64,000 nucleotides of DNA from Selaginella moellendorffii. Taxonomy: Eukaryota; Plantae; Lycopodiophyta. Below, piece after piece: positions 55,736-64,000 of the stretch. The DNA lies in the NCBI RefSeq assembly GCF_000143415.4, contig NW_003314296.1:248001-312000 (forward strand), written 5' to 3'. Made by a program: the position numbers and the translations under genes. The notes under the pieces are model-generated. The model saw nothing but the letters and a program-made list of their open reading frames with translations. It made no database searches and had not been told where the DNA came from. How positions within the stretch are numbered: the first letter of the stretch is position 1; the number at the start of each line of letters is the position of its first letter.

Positions 55736-56186
55736 TGTAAGCTCCTGAATTTGGATTTCCCGGGAGGTCACCTAGCCTAGTATTATTCAAACCCAAGGAC
55801 ACTTAACCCAAATATCCCAAGACTCTTAATCGATTGGAAAAAGAGGGTGCACTCTTGTTTATGGGCCCTTTCCCTCTATATTTGAACCTTATGGATCGTC
55901 TTTCAAGTCGTTCTCTTTGGTTGCTTACAATCCACCATGCTTCCCTACAAGTTCACACCCTCGTGAATGGAAGCTAAGAACCGCAACTCTCCTGAGAGCC
56001 CCACTCTCTTGACACCCTACCCCTTAAGTCGAGCCCAGCAAGAGCAAATTGGACCACCCAAATGTCAATCAACATGTGTGTGATACCTCTAGCCAACCAA
56101 CAGAGTCGGACCTTGAGACCGCTCTGATACCAAATGTAAGCTCCTGAATTTGGACCTCTCAGGAAGTCCAAACTCAGGAGCTTACA
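55736..56186 (-). mobile_element. Cassandra TRIM with a fold-back 5' LTR
   Basis: LTR 55736-55929 with 5S-like segment. PBS GCTCTGATACCA at 56121-56132. Palindromic end at 56135-56186. Flanks TCAAG/CCAAG. Confidence 0.85.
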
Positions 56187-57099
56187 CCAAGGCCCCTAAC
56201 CCTTTATTTCAATTTGGAAGCACCACTAGAGAGTCTTATTCCTTTAATCCTTTAAAATTGGTTCTTAAACCTCACCATCCCTACTATACTTTTAGAACCC
56301 CTCTTCAACCTAGGCTTTCACACCATGACCCGTATTAACCTATGTTAGTATTCGGACTTGGTCTCAGACTCGATCTCAGATTTAGTCTTAGACCTAATCT
56401 TGGATCTTGAACTCAATCTCGAACTTGATCTCAAACTCGGTCTCGGAGTTGGTTTCAGACTCGATCTTGGACTCTGTCTCATCTGATGAACTCTTTATTA
56501 TTCTAGTCGTGGTTTCAAGGATCCTTTAGCTTGCAACACCTCGAGGAGTTGGTTCTTACAGTAATATAGATGTGTTCCATGCCTTCATATCAAGCTTACA
56601 TATCTAAACTTAGGGTGAGGTGATGCATTGGAACCCAACCAATTACAAAGAAGCATTAAAAAAACTAATCTAACCCTGGGAAGGGGATTGCAAAAGAATT
56701 TAGTAATTTATGGATGGATGGTTAACACCTTATTGTTTGTGCAGTGAATAGTTGAAACCAAGTAAGACTAAGTAGGAGCTATTACATTAGATGGAAATCT
56801 TAACAAGTGAACTTAATTGAGGCCAAGGTAGAGATGGTTAGATAGACGAGCTTAACTAGCAAATTAAAAAGGAAAAATTTATAGCTAACAATTTGGTATT
56901 TAAGCTTTTTTTTCAATTCTTGCAAAGGATAGAGGTAGATTGCTAGGAGATGGCTAAAGTAAGACATAAGCAAACCAAGGTAAAGACGGAATCTCCTATA
57001 GAAATGGAGCTTCTAGTCGAACAAGAAGGTATTAATGAGGAATCCTTGTATGAGGACTCTAGTGAGGAAATTTCAAAATAAGAGTCTGGTGCTGAGATT

Positions 57100-57700
57100 T
57101 AATTGAGTTATATTGTTCTTGTGATTCAAGATTATATATCATTTAAAAAGCTTGTGTATATGGGTTTATTGTTGTTAGCAACCTATCTAATTATAATAAT
57201 AAATTAGGATCAGAATTTGTGTTGAATGAATTTTTATTTTTAATATTTATAGCCTCAAATGCATAAAACATGTATATTTATCCATATAATGGTAGCATAT
57301 TGGCAACAGAATATGCTGAAGCAATATTATGATAAATTTGACTATGTATTCTAAAGAAATATAGGCCTTTATCACTTAAATTATTAACATTAGCACCCAT
57401 TAATGCAAAAGCCAAAGCATTGTTGAAATTTCTTATGTCAATTTTAAAGTTGGAGTTTTTATTTTCATTAAAAAGCATATGCAATACAGTAACTTTTTCA
57501 TTCTAGCAACACATTGAGCTTGACCCATTTTCAAAATGTAATGCACCACAAAAAACATATATAGATGACATATTTCTAATATGAAACATATGTGTTGTAT
57601 GGTCCTTATAATTTTTTTGATGTGCTAATTTATAAACAGTATAGCTATGATGATTACATGCATTTGTATTAGTTTTATTAACATTTTCAAGGTTTATATT
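57100..57700 (-). mobile_element. Helitron Rep-helicase N-terminal remnant
   Basis: FKIDIRNFNNALAFALMGANV...FFRIHSQIYHNI. Bases 57101-57160 have an inverted copy at about 49322-49381. Confidence 0.75.
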
Positions 57701-58264
57701 TATATGAGCTTCATTAGTGATTGGCAGACCTTTTCCAGGTCGTGATGAGCACTTAAAAAGCCTCCCATGCTTTCCATTGTGTCTTAACCACCACTATAAA
57801 AGCATAAGTGAGCCCAGTATGCTGATCAAGAACTTGAGTTGATCACACTTGTCTCCTAGAACACTCTAAATGCAGAGAATGGGCAGGAAGATTAGGCTCT
57901 CAAGTTTTTGAATAGGATAGAGGATGAAGGAGGCAATTGTGTAACGGATGATGCAAACTACACTACTGGTTTCAATGCTTGAGAAGAAGGCAAGGAGCTC
58001 AATGGGTAACTTGTCAAAGTTTTGGAGAATACAATGATGCTTGAGCTATGAGAGGTGAATGGGGTTCACAAACTATAGCTTTGAGAACTCAAGGAAGGAT
58101 CCATTTCTTTAATAATTGGCATAATTCTGATCCTAGTTGCTTTAATGCCCTCCAGGTTAGCATTGACTCCTTTCCCAATGGTCTGCCCAAGTACAAAATT
58201 TTTATCCTAGTTATTTTAATGCTCTCTAGGTTGGCATTGACTTTTTGCCAATAGGCCACCCAAG

Positions 58265-59150
58265 TGTAAATAACTAAAGAGAACAATTTGATAAACAATT
58301 TATAAAAGTTCAAATACAAAAGAAAAAGATTCATGAATAAGAGTGCACCCTCTTTTTCAATTGGTTAAGGGTCTTGGGATATTTAGGGTTAAGTGTCTTT
58401 GGGTTTAAATAATACTGGGTTAGGTGACTTTTTGCAAAGTCCAAATATAAAAGTTTACCTCAAATACATCATTCCCTTAGCCTCTTTAATTATTTCTCAT
58501 ACCTCACTATCTCAAAATCCTATACCAAGTGAAGTATAGAAGTACATACTTGATGATTGTTAAGATGTTAGCTTTTGGAAGTCTGTTTCTCATCACAAGT
58601 TTGTTTAAACTACTAGATGAGGAAGTTTATCATCACATTTCTCATGCTAAAGATGCTCATTACTATTAATAATTACCTTAAGTATTCCAAAACCCTTAAT
58701 CATTTAGAAAAGGGGGCACTTTTGTTCATGAGCTATTTCCCTTTATATTTGAATCTTTATAAATCATTTTTTGAGTTATTCTTTTTAGTTGTTTATAATT
58801 CACAATACTTCCTTGCAAATTCATACCCTCGTGAATTGAAGTTGAGAGTCATAATTTTCTTGAAAGCCTCACTCTCTTGATACCTTACCCCTCAAGTCAA
58901 CCCTAGCCAAACTAAACTAGACTATCAAATATTAATTTTAACATGTGGTCTAGACCCCCTTTTAATACTAAATATGATCTTTTAAATTTAGATTTTTCTA
59001 GATGTTAGTATTACTCAAACCCAAGGACATTTAACCCCAAGTATCTCTAGACCTTTCACTATTTTGAAAAAAATTTATTCATGGGTTTTTTCCCTTTATA
59101 TCTAAACCTTTACAAATCATTTTTCATGTCATTTTCTTTAGTAATTTATA
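58265..59150. mobile_element. Decayed Cassandra LTR/TRIM remnants in both orientations
   Basis: About 58265-58460 resembles 30825-31019. About 58680-59150 resembles 55736-56130. Confidence 0.65.
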
Positions 59151-59420
59151 TTGAGTCTTTTCTTTATGCTCTTTCACACCTTTAGGGTAACTCAATTTTC
59201 CACCATTCATGGGATTTCTTTTGATATTCCATACTTCTTTATTAGAAAATTATTATGCCCTTTTTTATCCCACTTATATTCCACCACCACCTCAAATTAT
59301 TAGTAGTGAGCAAAAGTTTTGAGGTTGTTATCATCCTTGACTCAAAGTGCCAGTATTGAAGACTATATTATTTGGTCAATTTGTTTGGATGTTTTATTAA
59401 TGATTGTACATGAGAGTTTG
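59150..59420 (+). mobile_element. Chromovirus integrase C-terminus/chromodomain remnant
   Basis: PPPQIISSEQ..FEVVIILDSK...LYYLVN, with frameshift and stops. Confidence 0.55.
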
Positions 59421-60038
59421 TTAGATGGAAGCCAACAAAGTGCCCCCACGCTTCCATCTCTAGGCAAGTGAACCAAAGGGACAAGTGATTAACTTATCAG
59501 TGACTCAAGCCAACTCCTCAAATTGAGCCCCATTAGTGCCATCTCTCTACAAGAGCTTAGCTTGCATAGCAATTGGATTGTAGTGGCTGTTATGCAAGTT
59601 ATCTCAGTGGATAGTTGAGGTCTGCTAGTGCTTTATTAGATGCTAGAAGAAACTAGAATATACTACAAAGTGTTTAAAATAGTTTATCAATTATTAATAC
59701 AAGATTAAGCTAAATGAATAACAATCATTGAATGGTAAAATATTGTAGAATATCCAAGTATATTCTAAGTTCATTCATTACCACTTCAGACACTCTACAT
59801 GTTTTCTTAAGCAAACAAAAATTTAAATTAAATTTATTTTATTATTCGATGTAATCACAAAGAGAATAACTTTATTAATATTTTATTGATATATTTGATC
59901 ATATATTTATGTGTTTGTACTATTGCTAAATAACTTTGGAATTGTCATCCATTAAAATATAAAGCTTAGTCATTGATTTATATAAATTTTATTATATAAA
60001 AAAGTTTTTATTTACATATTTACTTTAAAATAAAAATA

Positions 60039-60911
60039 ATGAAAGTTCAAAACTATATTAAATTTTTAAGTTTAATTATAATTCTTCTGTCTTTAAATTT
60101 TACTTTCCTTAATACAGCTAAGCCTAAATTTGGACAGCTTCATGTTCTACAACCAGAAGACATGAGAACAATTATTCAAGGTATATGGAATTTAATTGGA
60201 AAAATTCATTTAAGAAAGTTTTATCCTGCAACTTATTCAAATTCAAAAATTATCTTGACTTCACTAGGAAATATTGAAATAATTATAAAATGTAAAGATA
60301 CATGTCCTAGTTCTACAGAAGATATCAAAGGAAACAATATTATATATGGGCTAGAAAAGATTCTTCAGAAAAACTTAGTTATTTTAAATGAAAAGTTATC
60401 TAGCTATTTTGAGAATGAATCTCTTAAGTATTCAATAAGATATGCCTTATTAGATAATTCTAATTCTAATTCTAATTCTTTATATTTTAGTTATGAAAAC
60501 TATACTACAATAAAAAATTTAGATAATTGCTATTTTATTAATAGTAATTTATATCATGGTTCAGCTCTTTATTCTGAAAACTTTTTAATTTCTCCAAACT
60601 CTAAGGTTATACTCTATTTGACTTTGTCTTGTCATGTAATTTTATTTTACGAAAATTTAGAAATTTGGAGAGTTAGACCTATAGAAAAGAATATATTTAA
60701 CTGTATTTTAATTTTAGAAAATCAAGCTAATTTAGTTTTAAAATATAATATAAAATTATTATGGTCAACAAGAAAATATTGTAAAAATCAGTGCTTGGTA
60801 CCTTCATATTTAAGAATTCAAAATTATTTTAATTTAGTAATCTATTTAGCAACATTTCCTAATGATCCTTTATGGGCATCTAATACTGCTAATAATAAAT
60901 TATGCATATAG
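60039..60911 (+). CDS. Putative secreted protein with a C-terminal bulb-type (GNA-like) lectin domain
   Basis: Intact 290-aa ORF with a hydrophobic N-terminus. Contains FLISPNSKV.L, LILENQANLVLKY..LLWST and YLRIQNYFNLVIY...PLWASNT. Confidence 0.65.
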   Translation: MKVQNYIKFLSLIIILLSLNFTFLNTAKPKFGQLHVLQPEDMRTIIQGIWNLIGKIHLRKFYPATYSNSKIILTSLGNIEIIIKCKDTCPSSTEDIKGNNIIYGLEKILQKNLVILNEKLSSYFENESLKYSIRYALLDNSNSNSNSLYFSYENYTTIKNLDNCYFINSNLYHGSALYSENFLISPNSKVILYLTLSCHVILFYENLEIWRVRPIEKNIFNCILILENQANLVLKYNIKLLWSTRKYCKNQCLVPSYLRIQNYFNLVIYLATFPNDPLWASNTANNKLCI

Positions 60912-62112
60912 TGAACTTCTGAAAATTATCTATAACATGTACTTGTATTTATATATAATTTGAAAATTGAAAATTTTACTTTTGAGAAAAGTTCTAATAG
61001 TGTACATAAACCATGTGAACAGAAAAAAAATGCATTCTTTCTTACTTGAGGAATATGTCCCTCATAGAACAATATCTTCTTCTTTGTAAGATCACCTGAA
61101 CATTAACATATGCTAATAGTCAAGTGCAAGTTATATAAGTAGTAACACCGCTGATAGTGGCAATCCAAAACTCTAGAGTGGCTTTCCTTCTTCTACTAGC
61201 TTTTATATATATCATTATTAATGTGGGAGAAAGAACTAAAATAAGATAATAACAAAGTTCTGTAGACAAATTCAAGTTTGGGAGGTGTTTGTTAGAAAAA
61301 TATTTATATTTGCTGAGAGAAATTTCCACTTATCATAAAAAAAACCATCATAATTAAAAATGTTAAAATTTAAATTATACCTTAAAGTCATGAACAAAAC
61401 ATGGAAGATTCAATGAATGCCTATTTAGAAAACTAAGTACTTGCATCTTCTACTCTTATTTTAAGTAGTGATGTACCAGATATTGATGCAACCCAACTTT
61501 GTTTATGGTACTACTTATGCAATAAAGCCTTATTTATTTTATTACATCTTTATTTGACCAATTAAAGAATTTTTGAGCAAGAGGACTTATCAAGACATCA
61601 AGCACATACACTTATGAACTTTATACCTTGATCAGCAAATCCTGAAACAACTTATTGACTTCTACAACAGTCAAGAACCTCTTATGTAAAAACCTGTGGG
61701 AATATCCACTAACTCCACTATATTCCACTAATGTACAATATTCACTATCCAGACTCTGAAACCTTTTCCAAGACTTTGTATGCTGTGAATCTTTGAGGAT
61801 AATTACTTAAGTCCCAACCCATGATCTTATATACTTATGTCATGGCTATGCAACAGTGAGAATTGCTATAGCTGTTTGTTGTCCAATCTCATCGGCATCT
61901 GTGTCATTTGCTTCTCTTTTGAAGAAACAACGTTTCCTCTGACTAATCTAATGCCATGGCGAGCAAAATTCTCCAAGCAAACATCCAATCAAAGCTCCCC
62001 CTGCCCTAGCATTTATCGCCATTGCCAAACGGCTGCACTGGTCTGGGAAGTGGTCTTTACATTGCGTCCATGTTGGATCTCCAAGTTTGAATATTTCAAA
62101 ATTAGCACTTTT

Positions 62113-62470
62113 CTAAACATTGCCCCACTTGGCTGCAAGATAGTGAGCTCCCATGGGACCCCGGCTTCCGTTCGGGTATAACTCAGGCACCATCTTCTTC
62201 CTCTTGAGATCTTTGAGAAGAGGAGTGAAAATCTTCCATGCCGCATCCAGTTCACTGGTCCTGATGAAGAGACAGCACTCTCCAGCAATGGCATCCAGCA
62301 GTAATTGCTTGTAAGCATCAGGGATTTCTTTTGAGTATCTGTTACATAGGAACTTTAGCTCGTAAAAAAGAAGAGAACTGTTAGCTCGGAGGTCCAGAGT
62401 GCTTCGATTGAGTCTCATTCCCAGCCCTGGGACTTTGTTGTTGATCTTGAGATAAATGCCTTCTGGATCT
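62113..62470 (-). pseudogene. Plastid-type glucose-6-phosphate dehydrogenase C-terminal fragment
   Basis: [18 protein letters not shown]...LDL / [36 protein letters not shown]...[17 protein letters not shown]. No N-terminal exons, and an intron remnant is retained. Confidence 0.85.
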
Positions 62471-62496
62471 GGAAACCGGAAGGAATTCCATCCTGG

Positions 62497-62756
62497 GATC
62501 TGCAAGAGTGTAGTAGCATCACAAACAGTGTCATCAATTTCTACAGCAAGTGTGGAAGTATAGCTGTTGCTCACCACATCTTCGATTCTGCCGTGCCAAG
62601 GATGAGGCTTAGTGGAACACACTGATAGCAGGCAAGGCAATGCAGCCAAAGTGGTGGACATCCTTGGCAAGCTGCTAGAGGAGGGCCTTGAGCTCAATGA
62701 ATTTATGTTCCTCTCAGTTATCATGGGGTGCAGTGCTATGGGATGGATCAAGTAGG
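62497..62756 (+). pseudogene. PLS PPR gene fragment
   Basis: [23 protein letters not shown]...WNTLIA...[19 protein letters not shown], with frameshifts. Confidence 0.7.
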
Positions 62757-63021
62757 ACCTAAAGTTTTTCTAGGAGATATGGAGTAGCTCTTGGGAGAGT
62801 TGCCCATTGCGATGCTAGCACTCCGAACCAAGGGAGGTCCACTACAAATTGCCAAATCAGAGGGAGAGATAATGTCACATGTGTTGCATTTCTCTCCAGC
62901 TTATTGTTACCTAAGCTATGCAGATTTCTAATTAGCCAAAGCAAACATCCACAAAAGTTTTATGGCAAATTGACCCTAGCCCAGGCTTGGGATCAGATGG
63001 CCCTTAGTTCATATATATAGA

Positions 63022-64000
63022 CTAGTATTACCCAACAAATGTTAGGTGAATATCAATGTACTTTTGTGAACTTCATAATATGAATATTAATATATTCCTA
63101 GGCATAATAAGAATAAATATTTATTACTAGCTCTGCTGGGATAGTTAGATGCTAATTCTAAAAAGAGAACAATTTATTAAAACTTGCTTAAGTTCAATAT
63201 GTAACAAGCACTTGGTTTATTTAGTTTTTACTTAGTGATTGCAACCAAACACTATTTCTTAAATGTTTAACTAGAATAGAATAATACAAGCTTGGACTCA
63301 AAGCTTAAAAGAATTATTCAACACATGAAGAGGTGGCTCAATCATATTCCTCAATTTGGTATATTATTTGGGCATTCCAGAGGTAAGAGCAGTTAATGGG
63401 ATGGTATGGTAAAGGGATTTTTGGTATAGAATGGCTGGTTTTGCATTTGCAAGCAAGCAATGTGTATTGAAGTATAAATGATTGTATTTTCTGGTGGACA
63501 ATGTGTTTGTTCATTATAACATGCTAAATTCTGATACAGTTGATGCATTTGTCATTTATTGTCCACTTGAGAATCATGTGTTGTTCTTCTTTCCCTTTTT
63601 TAGTTTTTGTATCTTGACATTCCTTTCTTGCTATAGATAACCATCAAACAGAGCTGATGTTTGCTAGGAGGTGTGTTTTATTTTATTTGTTTTTGCAAGT
63701 TCCATGTAACTACAAAACAAAACACAGATAAATATATCAACGTGTAAAAGATTAGAATGGAATCTGCATACCTTAGGTGTCAAGTCCAAGTATATAGAAC
63801 CTTAGCTTCTCCATGTCTTGGTATTTTTCAAGCTTGCTCCAGATTTTGAATTTGTAAATCTTTGATCGGATACCATCGATAAGTAGTGAGAATGCAGGGT
63901 AGTTCTCATCTCGCATTGTAGCTAGTTCCTTTGCTGACATTCCCACTATTTCCTGTGTAGCCTCTTGAAATGCAATGGCCCACATATGACTGCTACTATC
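63022..64000 (-). mobile_element. Helitron 3' end carrying an RPA1-like (RPA70 C-terminal OB fold) gene segment
   Basis: WAIAFQEATQEIVGMSAKEL...YKFKI..K.EKY.D..KLR at 63773-64000. Hairpin CCCAACAAATGTTAGG, then CTAG|T at 63022 on the minus strand. Confidence 0.75.

Overview
Eukaryotic plant nuclear DNA. The very short GT-AG introns, tight gene packing and PLS-type PPR gene suggest a lycophyte such as Selaginella (inference). Bases 1-16 kb are a gene-dense island: the 3' part of a CYP85-clan P450, a PLS-E PPR, NDUFB10 head-to-head with an mS83/rPPR10-like gene, a MES11-type methylesterase, an AGD5-like ArfGAP, an unrecognised 5-exon secreted Cys-rich protein and GPC1. Bases 16-64 kb are a nested, C-to-T-decayed transposon stack of Helitrons, solo LTRs, Cassandra TRIMs, a hAT, two Gypsy elements and captured gene fragments, plus one AT-rich bulb-lectin ORF. 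The most notable item is a 6.4 kb TIR element (19981-26395). It pairs a Sola-like transposase with a divergent ParB/Srx-fold-like gene and carries at least 11 copies of a 20-bp palindrome. Next to it is a decayed gene with a ParB-like domain followed by a bacterial-type (beta-class N4/N6) DNA methyltransferase-like domain. All family assignments come from motif recognition by eye; no searches were run.
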